From Neovahlkampfia damariscottae (Eukaryota), in NCBI GenBank assembly GCA_016618085.1, contig JABLTG010000105.1:49082-69081 (forward strand): a DNA stretch of 20,000 nt, given 5' to 3'. Shown here one piece after another: positions 1-11,349 of the stretch; position 1 is the first letter of the stretch, and every line of letters begins with the position of its first letter. Both the position numbers and the translations under genes were made by a program. The notes beneath the pieces are model-generated. The model did not search any database. It was not told where the DNA came from and saw nothing but the letters and a program-made list of their open reading frames with translations.

Positions 1-1
1 C

Positions 2-139
2 TTATGTGGATTTTGATGGAAAATTGGTATTAGAAAAACAAAAATTGAAGAAGCAAATGATAAATTCATTGAGAAATACTGTCCAAATGTGATTGAAGGA
101 ACAGAAAAATTGATCAACTGGGTAAAATCTCAAAAATGA
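2..139 (+). CDS. 3' end of an unknown protein-coding gene (truncated by window edge)
   Basis: Frame 2 reads LCGF*WKIGIRKTKIEEANDKFIEKYCPNVIEGTEKLINWVKSQK* with stop TGA at 137-139, converging on the CysRS 3' end. The TGA at 14-16 is either intronic (possible acceptor AG at 32-33) or recoded. Confidence 0.5.
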
Positions 140-198
140 AATTAAATGTTATTTTGGACTTCATTATTGAAGAAATGGTCAGTTTAAATGAAATCTAA

Positions 199-2152
199 TT
201 ATTCTACTAATTTCCAAATTGATTTCTTTCCAGGAACATCTTCCAATCTAACACCAACTGATTTCAATCTTTCATCTCTCAATTCATCACATAAATTCAA
301 AATTTCATATTGCTTATTTTTCTTTGCAATAGTTCTAATATCATCCCTAAATTCACTCAAAACATTCAAATAAGATGAGTAATTCTATCCAAAAAATGAG
401 TAAAAAAAAATAGCTTTACATCATTTGTTGTTTTTGACCAACCAATTGAATCTTCAATCAATCCAAAAATTTTGAATAAATTGGTGATATATTCTGATAT
501 TTGAATTAATAATGGTTTTTTTATATTATTCATTTGTGTGTTTGTTTTTTTGACAATATCTTGAAGAATTCGAATCACCAAAGGAGTATCAAAATTGTCA
601 CAAAGAGCATCATGAATTTCGTTCTTTTTCTTTAAAAATCTGAAATGTTAATTCAAATGATTGAATCAACTTACAATTCATGAAGCACAATTTCATCTTC
701 ATTCCATTTTTGTTCTTGTTCCTTTTTTTCTCGAAGGACAACTTGGACGTTATAAAAAAATTCAGTAAAACTATAAATGAGAGAAATTCTTTGAATTACA
801 TTTTTTCAGTATTCACTGCAAATTCCATGGATTTATTTGAGTATTCAATAATATCATTGAATTTATGTAAAAGAAACAACATTCTAATTTGTTTGCTTGA
901 ATATTTTTCAAGTAATTCTTGTATTTTAATGAAATTCTTTTTTGATTTTGACATAGATCTTCCTTCTATCATTAATTGACCTGTATGAAGAAAATAATTT
1001 ACCCATTGATCACATTCAAAACATGCTTCGGATTGAGCAATTTCATTATCACTAAATTTTGATAAATTTTTGTTTAATATATTACTGATGAGGAAATCTC
1101 AAATCAATTCCACCACAATGAATGTCAAGTGAATCTCCAAAAGATGCACCAATCATAGCAGAACATTCAACTTGAAAACAGTCAAAAGAAATATGTTTTA
1201 CTGTGCCACCCAGGTCTTCCTAATCCCTTAAAATATGATTAATTTTTAATATTAGATTCCTTACCCAAGGTGAATTCCAAGAAGGTTCTTTTTCATTTGA
1301 TTTTTTCCAAAGAACAAAATCTTGAATTGATTTTTTTTCATTTTTTATTTTCTTATTGAAATCTTCTTCACTTTCATTTGATTTTTCAATATTTGATATT
1401 GACTGTGGTTCCAATTTACAATAAACATGTGAATTTGAATAATTCTTGGTATCAAAATAAACACTTCCGTTACTTTCATAAGCATAACCTCTTTTGATGA
1501 TATTCTCAATAAATTTGATAATTTCAGGGATATATTCGGTTACACGTGTTATACTATCAGGCATTTTAACATTTAATTCTCTCATATCTTTCCAAAATAA
1601 TGTTTCATAATGTTTGGCAACATTAGAAAATTGATCATCTATTTTTTCTTCATTTTGTGACATATTATTCAACTGTTCAATCATTTCTAGTATTTCTGTA
1701 GTTTCTAATTTTTTTTCTGCGAATTTTGAATCATTGGACAATTTCTCTTCAAAATTTTGAATTGAAAATGATTTTGAATTTTTGAGTTGATTTATTTTGA
1801 GCTCTAATTGTTTTAGATATCCTTTTCTTATGATTTTATCATCAATATCTGTTATATTGATAACAGTTTTCAAGTTAATTTGAAAATAATTTTCTAGTAT
1901 TCTCCTAACTATATCAAATCCGATATAAGTTCTTGCATGTCCTAAATGTGAATAGTCATAAACTGTAGGACCACATAAATACCAACTTGTAAATGGTTTT
2001 GTTAACATTAATTCATTCTTTTTTTTTTAGTTTCAATTTGTATTTACTTTTTCTTTTGTTAAACTGTTTAACACAAAGATTCCAGTTTTTATCCCATTGG
2101 GTTTTTTCCAGTGACCTATTTTTGAATATTTTGTGATAGTTTTGTTGAACAT
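199..2152 (-). CDS. CARS2: Cysteinyl-tRNA synthetase, probably mitochondrial (CARS2-like); multi-exon
   Basis: Spliced product has [18 protein letters not shown] (HIGH region), [50 protein letters not shown], an SMSKS variant of KMSKS, and C-terminal CDELRD...GVRLED. GT-AG introns include 2018-2047, 1227-1264, 1171-1201 and 385-419. The N-terminus ([21 protein letters not shown]) resembles CARS2 as recalled. Confidence 0.93.
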
Positions 2153-2202
2153 GAAAAGAGAAAAATTGAAATGAAGATGATTCGCGGAAGTATTTGCAAC
2201 CA

Positions 2203-2812
2203 ATGAACTGTCAAACACCAAACCACAACGAAATCAGTTTGTCAGCAAGAAAGAGAAGAGAAGAAGCGAATAAGTTCCGTTCTGTTAAGAGAAGACCACC
2301 ACTACCACCATTAGATTATTCCGAAATTTATCCAGCGCCAAAGAGGAAAGAGATTTTATTTTTAAAAATTCAGAAAATTGGTTTTTGTTGAGAACGAAAT
2401 TGAAGATGAGTCATTAATTGATTCTGAAGGTATAAAATTGAAAAATAACGAGAAAATTCAAAGATAGTCTCGAAAGTCCAATTTTGACGCCAGAAAGCAC
2501 TTTTAAAACTGGAGATAAGGTGGACAACAGTGTGATGTGTGATTATACAGAATCAATAATTGAAATGAAAGGTACAACAAATTCGAATTCAAAATTCAGA
2601 AAATTCAAAGGAAGATATATTTCAAACAATCAATGGATTAAAAGGTAACTAAGTCACATATAAATCCCACGAGTTTAGATGAAATTAAATTCCTCAATGA
2701 TTTTATGAAACAAAATTTTGAAGAATTTTCACAACATTTAGCAGAATTGAAATTCAAATGTGCACTCCAAAATGAAGAAATTATATTTCTCAGAAATAAG
2801 ATTCAAAAATAA
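2203..2812 (+). CDS. Small hypothetical protein, ~5 exons, basic/Pro-rich N-terminus and C-terminal coiled coil
   Basis: Three canonical short GT-AG introns (donors at ~2430, ~2572, ~2644) join into one continuous frame ending ...IFLRNKIQK* (TAA 2810-2812). The donor of the first intron is uncertain (see findings). Confidence 0.6.
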
Positions 2813-2867
2813 ATCTTTGTATTATTTTTATACCAAAATCTGATTCCACCAATCATTTTTTTTCCAA

Positions 2868-4379
2868 ATGTCAAACTCCAGTCCTCCAAACCAAATCAAT
2901 CCAACAAACTCCAAGACAAATCACTCATCATTAATAGGTGATACTTTTTTGGAAAGATCAACAACTACATGGAATATAGTTCATCAAAATTCAGAAGTAA
3001 TTATTTCCAAAGCTGAATTTGTAAATAAACAACTAAATATTTCAACCAACTCAATCACCAACAAAGAAAATGATATTTTACATTTTAAAAAAGAATTAGA
3101 AAAGTTCCCATTAATATCAGAGTAAAATTCGAAATATTTTTTTTTTTTTAACAATTAAGTTGTATTTCTGATGTTAAACAAAATATTTATATCATCACTG
3201 AAGAAATGAAAAATATAGAATTATCATTATTTAGATTAAATTACTTTAAAAATGAAATGGAAAATAGAAGGAAAATTAATAATATTTTTCAATCATTATC
3301 AGTTGAACAACAAAAGTATTTTTTTATTCTGTGATTAAATTGTTAGTTTATTGAATCAAAAATTAAAAGAATCAAGAAATATCAAAAAAAAAGAAAAAGA
3401 AGAAAAATCAGTAACAGAAGAAACCAATGAGGAAGAGAAAATAATCAAAAATGAGGAAGAAGAATTATTGAAACAAGAAGAAGGTATTAAAAATAATGAA
3501 GATGTTGAAATTACAAAAGAATCAAAAATTGAAGAATTAAATGATGATAGTAAAGAAGCAGAAGAAGGAGAAAAAATTGATCAGCCTTTAGCAATGGAAG
3601 AAACAACAAAAATAGATGATCAATTGAATGATGAAATATCAAAAGAGAATGAAACATTCGTATCTGAGGAAGATGATGAAACATCAAAAGAGAACGAAAT
3701 AACATCAAAAAATGAACAAGAATTGACACCAACTATTCCTAAATTATTGAATATTAATACCCAAACGAAAGAAGAGGACAAAATTAAATCACCAAGAGAC
3801 TTAAAAGTGATTGTTCAAAATGTGATATCTCCAAGATATAAAAAAAGAGGATCTATGATTGAAATGATGAAAAACAAATTAAAAGAAGAAGCAAATAAAT
3901 CAAATGAAAAAAAAGTACCATCTTCACCTTCATCAAATAAAATGATATTAAAAATGCATTCAAAATTCATGAATGATGAAGTAAAGTCTAAACCATCTGA
4001 TGATTCAAATTCAAATCCAAATTCAAATCCATCATCACCATTACCAAGTTTAGTAAATTCAAGTCCTTCAAATCAGACTTTAGAAAGAAAGAGCAGTAAA
4101 ATATCATTAGAAATAAAAAGAGAAAAATGTTATTCATGTGACAAGACAGTTTATCAAACTGAAAAAATGATTGCAGGTAAAAATGTATATCATCAAAAAT
4201 GTTTCAAATGTTCAAGATGTAAAACGAAATTAACAATTCAAAATTATGTAATTTATAATTCAAATGAACAAGACGAAAAATCAAAATTATTTTGCAAAGT
4301 CCATTATGAAGAAATAAAAAATAAAAGAATAAGTGAAGGTTGGGATCAATTTAAAAAAAAATATAAAGAATTAGAATAG
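2868..4379 (+). CDS. Dysbindin-like N-terminal coiled coil + acidic low-complexity linker + C-terminal LIM domain protein
   Basis: Two GT-AG introns (~3122-3159, ~3315-3346) join the ORFs. C-terminal CYSC..YHQKCFKCSRC..FCKVH is a LIM zinc-finger pattern. N-terminal GDTFLER...TWNIVH...LEKFP matches the recalled dysbindin pattern. Confidence 0.8.
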
Positions 4380-4447
4380 TGTTAGAGTTTAATTTTATTC
4401 TTTTTGTTTTGACCAATCAAAAGAAGAATCAAGTTGAACAAAAAGTC

Positions 4448-5816
4448 ATGTGTTTGGAAACAATAAGTTGTATTTCATTCTTTCGTAAATGTTGTACAAG
4501 GGATGATGATGATGATGAACCATCAAAATTAGAATTATACCGCTTACATATAACAAGATTATCTTACGGACTTTTTTTAGTTTTTGGTTTTCTTTTAGCA
4601 TTAATTGGAAGAAATGGATTCTTTGGATTGATGGAATATGTTTGATAAATTGTATTTTTAATCGTTTTAGATACCTGTAATCAAACAAGGATGTAATTTA
4701 GTTGAAAATGAATTTTCAACCAGTTGTGCAGGAAAGAATGTAGTATATCGAATGTCATTTTCACTCTTTATATTCTTTTTCATGAATTTGATACTATCTT
4801 CCAGATTATTTTGCGTTGGTGATCGAATCAGATTATATATCCAACACAAATGGTTTATATTAAAAATACCAATATTCTTAATATTAATACTAGTACCATA
4901 TTTTATACCAAATGAATTTTTCATTATATGGGCATGGATAGCACTTTTTATGGCAGGAATATTCATTATTATTCAAATTATATTATTAATTGATTTTGGA
5001 TTTAATTTAGATGAGACCTGGAGATCAAATAATATCCAAGAAGAAGGTTTAAAATTTTGGGATTATGTACTTTTATTAATATCATTTTCATTAATTTTAA
5101 TCACAATTGTATTAATGATATCACAATTTATCATTTTTGGTTTTGGATTAAATTGTCATTTAAATAGACTGTTTATCATTTTGAACATTATATTTTCTGT
5201 TTTTACAATTGTTTCTTCTTTAGTTTTTAAAAGAGGTATTGTACCACCTTCTATTATTGTTGTTTATTGTACATTTTTATGTTGGTCAAGTTGTATGTCA
5301 AATCCAGATAAACAATGCAATTTGTTTAAATTAAATGAAACTACAGATATTGCATTTCAAATTATAACATCTATTATAGGTGGTTTATTTGCTTCATTTT
5401 CTTTATTATACTCTTCAATTACAACTTCAAAAGCTTTGAAAAATTTATTTGCAAAAAAGAGTTTAGAAGATGATGATGAAGGATATATCGGTTTATCAGA
5501 AGAAGATCTTGCAAAAGAACAAAGAGAAGAATGTCAGGAAATATTTCATTCTCATATTGTTTTCATTTTTGCTTCATTTTATCTTTGTATGATTCTTGTA
5601 AGTTGGTCAATTGATGTAGGTGAACATACAAGTTGGAAAATTGAAGAATCAGTATATTTCAATTTTGTTTAACAATTTAAATAGATTGCAGCTGTTTGGG
5701 TCAAAATAACATCAAGTTGGATAACATATTTAATATTCTTTTGGACATTGATTGCACCATTTGTTTTAGGAAAATGTAGAAAATTTGCTGGTTACAATGA
5801 CAATGAATTTGATTAA
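4448..5816 (+). CDS. SERINC: Serine incorporator (SERINC/TMS1/TDE) family membrane protein
   Basis: Multi-TM protein with CAGKNVVYRMSFSL, IQHKWFILK, FIIIQIILLIDF, FASFYLCMILVSW and VWVKITSSW...WTLIAP; two GT-AG introns; Cys-rich N-terminus. Confidence 0.9.
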
Positions 5817-5860
5817 AAACGTTTATACTTTAAATGAATAGAAAAAACTCGTGAAAAATT

Positions 5861-7163
5861 TTATTTTGGTTTGAGTGGAGGAGGTGTTCTGATTAGTGAA
5901 GATTCGTGATATTTATTGACATAATCAATAATTTCTTGTGAATCATTTGGAATTGCATCTGATTTTTCACCATATCCATCCCAAGAATCTGGTCTTTTTG
6001 ATGTAGCTCTTAACAAATATTCATCTACGTTTTCAATGGATTCAACATTTTCATCTTCTTCTGGATAAAATGTTGGAAATGGTGGTGGATTATCAATCAT
6101 TGTTTTTGTTCTTCTAATTGCATCTTCAAGATAAACATAATCACCTTTTGCACCTGGAATATTTCCTTGAATGAAGATACAATTATTTTTAATATCAATC
6201 ATGTAAATCCAATTATTCAATTTTCTAATACTATTTCCACCCATTCTACCAGGCATTTTTTTTCCTTTCCACATTCTAATAATAGATGTGTTAAATTTTT
6301 GTTTTTTTTTTTTACCTTTGGCCTTGTTGTCCGATGGAACCTAAACCACGATGAAATTTTGAAGAACCATGAGAAGCAGGTCCTCCTGAGAAACCATGTC
6401 TTTTCATAACACCTTGATATCCTTTTCCTTTACTTGTTGAAATTGTATCTACATATTGTCCAACTTGGAAATGTCTAACGTCTAATTGAAAACCAACAGG
6501 TAATAAACATTCAGGTGAAACTGTGAATTCTCTTAATCTGTGTTTTGGAGTGACACCTGCTTTTTGAAAATGGCCTAACATTGGTTTTGTTGTTCTCTTT
6601 AATTTTCTGTCACATGCTCCGAGTTGAATTGCTGCATAGCCTTCTTTTTCTTTTGTTTTTGTTTGTACAACTTGATTAGGTGGAATCCAAACGCAAGTTG
6701 TTGTTAATCTTTCAAAGAATTCATTCCAAACTGGAAACATACCAACTTTAACTCCAATTAAACCACATCTACGTGTTTCAGGTGTCCATGAACCTGGTTT
6801 AACTTCAGTTCTTTTTACCCAATCTAAATATTCTTGAACAGCTGATAATTAAAACAATAAATTTTTTTTTTTTTTACTTGGATCTTCTTTTAAAAGACCT
6901 TCTCCTGGTATTTTTCCTTCTGCTTTCATTTTTTCCATTTCCTCAATGTTCTTTTCTAAAACTCTGTCGTGAACAAAAATTGGAACATAAGGAGGAACCT
7001 CTTCAATTCTTGGAATATTTTTCACTTTTTCTTTGTATTTTTCTAATTCATCCCATGGATGTCTGTCTGTATATTTTTTCCAATTTACTTTTCTTTGTTG
7101 TACATAAAAATTTTTCTGAACAGAAGTTAAAAAATTTTTTGTCTTGAAGAATTGTTTCAGCAT
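5861..7163 (-). CDS. MRPL3: Mitochondrial ribosomal protein uL3m
   Basis: RCGLIGVKVGM, EGYAAIQLGA, SKGKGYQGVMKRHGFSGGPASHG, KGKKMPGRMG; basic presequence-like N-terminus; two GT-AG introns join the three ORFs. Confidence 0.93.
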
Positions 7164-7208
7164 TTTTATTGGTCAATTTTTTAAAGTTGAATCTGAGCTT
7201 TTAACATC

Positions 7209-8924
7209 ATGGAAATAACAAGAAAAAGTGTTGAAGAAAAAGTAATTTAACATCAATCTAAATTTAAAGGTGTTTAAAAATTGGATCAATTCTGTACTTC
7301 AGTCGAAAGGAATACTGGTGAATAATTTTTTTTATGATTTGAGTGATGGAGTTGTTTTTGCTGCTCTTTATGAAACACTTACTGGTAATTCTCTTGGAAA
7401 ATATACAAAAAAACCAAAATTAAAAGTTCAAAAATACATGATTATCAATTTAGTTTTATCTCAAATAAAAGAACAAATTCAAAATCCACCTTCATCTGAA
7501 AAAATAGTTGGTAAGAATTGAAAATCAAAAATTTAAAATCAAAGAATGTGATGAAACGACCATACTTGAATTCGTTTGGTGGTTTATTTGGCAATTTCAA
7601 TTACAAAATCCAAATGATAGTACGCATTTATTTTCAATTTTTTTGATTTTTATTGATAGATTTACCTGAAACAGAATTGAAATTTTTATTCTCAATTTGG
7701 TGTAAAAATCAGTTGAATATTTATAAAAATCTTGCAATTTTTGATTTTGAACAAAGTTGGAATTCAGGATTTGCATTTTGTGCTCTTTTTGATTCATTCA
7801 TCCCAAATATCATTCAATTTAGTAAATTAAGTTATAATCCGAAAGACAATCTTCAATTAGTATTTGATTTGTCAGAAAAATATTTAAAGATTCCTAAATT
7901 ATTAGATGCTAAAGAAATATCAATTTGTCCAGATGAAAGGTCAATTATTTTATATTTGAGTTATTTTAGAAATTTAAAAAGTTCTAATTTAAAAATTATG
8001 GATCAAAAAGATTCTATTGATGAACCTGTTGTAAATCAAAAAATCAATACCAACACAACGACTACCAATTCTAATTCAATCGATTTTTCAGAAATTTCAA
8101 GTTATTTCGTTTCATTTATAAAATCAAATTCATTAAAGAAAATGGATTTTGAAACACAAAAGAAAGTTATGTATGAGTTTGATAAGATTTATAATAATTA
8201 TAAAATTGGTAATTAATTGTCCAATCATTTTATTTTTCAATTTTTTAAAGGAAATTTTGAATGCATTGAATTGGATGAACTTTGCATGAAAGGTTTGGAA
8301 AAAAGTAAAAATTCAGAAATTATAACATTATTAAAAAATGGAACTTATTCAAGATCAGATTTGCCACAAGAAAAAGTTTTAAAAGAATTAAAAGACTCTT
8401 TTGAAAATGTTGAATTTTCCGATGATCTAGAAAATTTCATTGAAGAAGAAGCAAAAAAAAGAAAAAAATTGAAACAGAATAGATCTGAAATTTATGATTC
8501 TATTCTTTTAGAATTATACAATGATTGGAAGAATGAAAAATCGATGTTCATTGTAGAAATTGATAAAATTTTAAATTTCAAACCAAAAAATCACGAAAAA
8601 TCAAAACTTCAAATTTTAAAAATGATCAAAAATCAAAATATTTCAAATGTAGATTACAATGAAATACTCTTTGATTTTGAAACAAAATTGTACAGTTGCA
8701 AAGATTATTTTGATATGTGTGACGGTGGTGAAGCAGATAAATTAAATGTATTTTTTCATTTGAATTGGGAAAATCATGTTTTGAAAAATGATATAAAAGC
8801 ATTGAAGAACAAAACGTCAAAATTGGAAGACGAAGTGAAGGAATTAAAATCAATTGTGTATTGTTTATTACCTCAAAATTCGGAAATTCCACAAGATGCA
8901 GTTTTTATTCCAGCCGATGAATAA
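7209..8924 (+). CDS. Tandem calponin-homology (actin-binding domain) protein with C-terminal coiled coil
   Basis: CH1 (EKVFKNWIN, DLSDGVVFAALYETL) and CH2 (DFEQSWNSGFAFCAL, LKIPKLLD, PDERSIILYLSYF); four GT-AG introns join the ORFs. Confidence 0.85.
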
Positions 8925-9009
8925 AAGTGTTATAATTTTTTTCGGGTAATTATTGCTTCTAATTTCAATCTTCTAAAATTTTTATCCAATCAACACAGAC
9001 CCAATCAAA

Positions 9010-10202
9010 ATGACAAAGTTGTTTGTGTTTGTTTTCTGTATTTTACTTTTTGTTATTAATGCTGAACGTACTTATTCAAATTTGACTGAACTATTTGAAT
9101 CTGCTGAATTAAAATCTCATCTTGAAGAAATAAAAAAAGAAGAGGATAAACTTTTCAAATGGACTCCAAAAAAATTTGACTGTCCACCAGTTCAAAGAAA
9201 TCATGAAGATCCAACTGATGCTACCAAATTAAGATTTTCAGACATTAAAGTCATGATGGCGTTAGGTAACAACTTTTTGACTTGTCTAATGTAGTTTAAG
9301 GTGATTCTATCACAGCTGGATTCGCTATGGATGATGCAAGTACTGTTAGATCAATTTATGATTATCGTGGCCGTAGTGGTTTTGTTGGAGCTGATAAAGG
9401 AACTCCTTCAGTTTTTAATTATTTCAAAAAAATTGGGAATCCAATAATAGGAGGTTCTGTTGGAAAAAGTCTTCCTTATGGAGTTATAAGATGGCCATGG
9501 CAAATAAAACCACATAATCCACCAACAGACAGATTAAGTGGTGCTCAATCAAACGCTAGAACTCATCACATGGCAGCACAAGTTGATTATATTGTCAAAG
9601 AAGCAAAAAAAGACTCAAAAATTAATTACGAAAAAGATTGGAAAGTTGTCAATATTCTTATGGGAGCTAATGATTTATTTGATTGTGAAAGTAGAGCTGC
9701 TCATCCTGAACAATTTGAAATTAGCTTGAACAAAACAATTTCAAAAATTTACTCAAAAATTCCAAGAGCTTTCGTTAATCTTTTAGAATTATTTGAAGAA
9801 GGTTTCATTGATACTTACAATAATGGAAAAGATAATTTCTATTGTAGAAATTTATGGAGAGTAATTCAATTGGCTATTCCATGTATGGTAAAAAGTGATT
9901 CTCTTAGAGCTAAAATGAAAAAAATGATAATCGATTATAATGGAAGAATCAGAAAACTCGCGAAATGGTGGAACGATAGAAGAAGAAAAGATTTTTATAT
10001 TGCTGTTCAACCTGTCAATAGAAATGTTAGAGTTCTTGATAGAAGTTGGAGCTCAAAATTTGATTGTTTTCATCCATCACAAAAAACAAATGAATTGATT
10101 TCTCGAACTCTATGGAATTCAATGCAATTACCATGGGATAAAAAACCTACAGATATTGTTGATAAAATAATATGTCCTGATGAAAATACGATCCTTCAAT
10201 AA
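9010..10202 (+). CDS. Secreted phospholipase B1-like GDSL/SGNH lipase
   Basis: Signal peptide; a 35-nt intron splits the ALGDSITAG motif; DWKVVNILMGAND; catalytic DCFHPS. Confidence 0.9.
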
Positions 10203-10293
10203 ACTATTTTGAGTTTAAAAATTTTCTATTTTTTGGAGATTTTTTTTATCCAATCAAATTTGTTCTTACGTTAATCTCAGCTTCAAACGTAAA

Positions 10294-11349
10294 ATGTGCG
10301 AAAGAACAGCCTGTGCTCTGGAACCAACGGAATACTATCAAACTATTTCGAATAATCTGGGTTCAAAAAGTATTCAAAAATGGAACAAACAAGAAAATTA
10401 TACTCCGGGTTATAATTTTGGACCAACTTCAAATCTACCTGTTGTTTTTATGGTTAAAAACCAATCTATGGAAATGAAAGAAGAAATTTTTGAACTTCAA
10501 ACAATGAGATGGGGTTTAGTACCTTCTTTTTTCAAATCAATTAATAATAGTATTCCAATGCATAAAGCAAGAGGTGAAACAGTTGCTGAAAAAGGAATGT
10601 TTAACAGACTATTATCTTCAAGAAGATGTATTTGTATGGTTGATGGATTTTATGAATGGAAAAGAGACAAGAAAAAAAAACAACCTTATTTTGTAAAATG
10701 TAAAGATGGAAAACCAATATTTTTAGCTGGAATTTATGACACTTGGAATTCACATGATGAAGAAGTTATTTATAGTTTCACAATCATCACAATTGAATCA
10801 CCGGAAAAATACAGTTCTTCTCTTCATCATAGAATTCCAATAATTCTGGAAAGTGATGAATCAAAAGATATTTGGTTAAATGTTGAGAAATATACAAAAG
10901 AAGAAGCTATGTGTCTGATTAAACCAATTGATACTGAAATTTTAGAACTGTATCCAGTTTCTGATTATGTAAATAAAACTGGAAATGAAGGAATCAAATG
11001 TATAAAAAAAATTGATCCAACAAAAAAAGGACCACTAGATAAATTCTTTACCGTTAAAACAAAGAAAAAACAAGAAATCAAATCAGAAGAAGAAAAAAAA
11101 GAAGAGAACTCAAAAATTGAAGAAAAATCAAAAGAATGTGACAAAAAATTGAAAATGGAAAGTCAAGATGAATTAAATTCTCAAGATTTAGAATTCATTG
11201 AAAATTTAGAAATGAAAAAAGAAGATAAATTGGTAATTGATTTAATAGAACAAGAAAAAGAAGAAAATGATTGGAATTTAAAGAGAAAACAAAGAACAGG
11301 AGAAGATCATGAATGGATTGAATTTAAAAAGATAAAATTTAATCATTAA
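10294..11349 (+). CDS. HMCES: SRAP-domain abasic-site processing protein (HMCES/YedK family)
   Basis: N-terminal Cys2 (MCER vs usual MCGR), MRWGLVP, RRCICMVDGFYEW, SFTIIT, HHRIPIIL, YPVSDYVN; PIP-like GPLDKFF in the charged tail; intronless. Confidence 0.92.
   Translation: MCERTACALEPTEYYQTISNNLGSKSIQKWNKQENYTPGYNFGPTSNLPVVFMVKNQSMEMKEEIFELQTMRWGLVPSFFKSINNSIPMHKARGETVAEKGMFNRLLSSRRCICMVDGFYEWKRDKKKKQPYFVKCKDGKPIFLAGIYDTWNSHDEEVIYSFTIITIESPEKYSSSLHHRIPIILESDESKDIWLNVEKYTKEEAMCLIKPIDTEILELYPVSDYVNKTGNEGIKCIKKIDPTKKGPLDKFFTVKTKKKQEIKSEEEKKEENSKIEEKSKECDKKLKMESQDELNSQDLEFIENLEMKKEDKLVIDLIEQEKEENDWNLKRKQRTGEDHEWIEFKKIKFNH

Noticed and set aside
188..979. Plus-strand ORFs 188-373 and 680-979, and similar antisense ORFs elsewhere (e.g. 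3511-3732, 6878-7147, 13817-14056, 16712-17215, 18883-19173)
   Set aside because: Antisense shadows of well-supported genes on the opposite strand.
3630..3720. Degenerate tandem repeats (DEISKENET / DETSKENEI)
   Set aside because: Ordinary low-complexity coding repeats in an acidic linker, not a CRISPR-like array.
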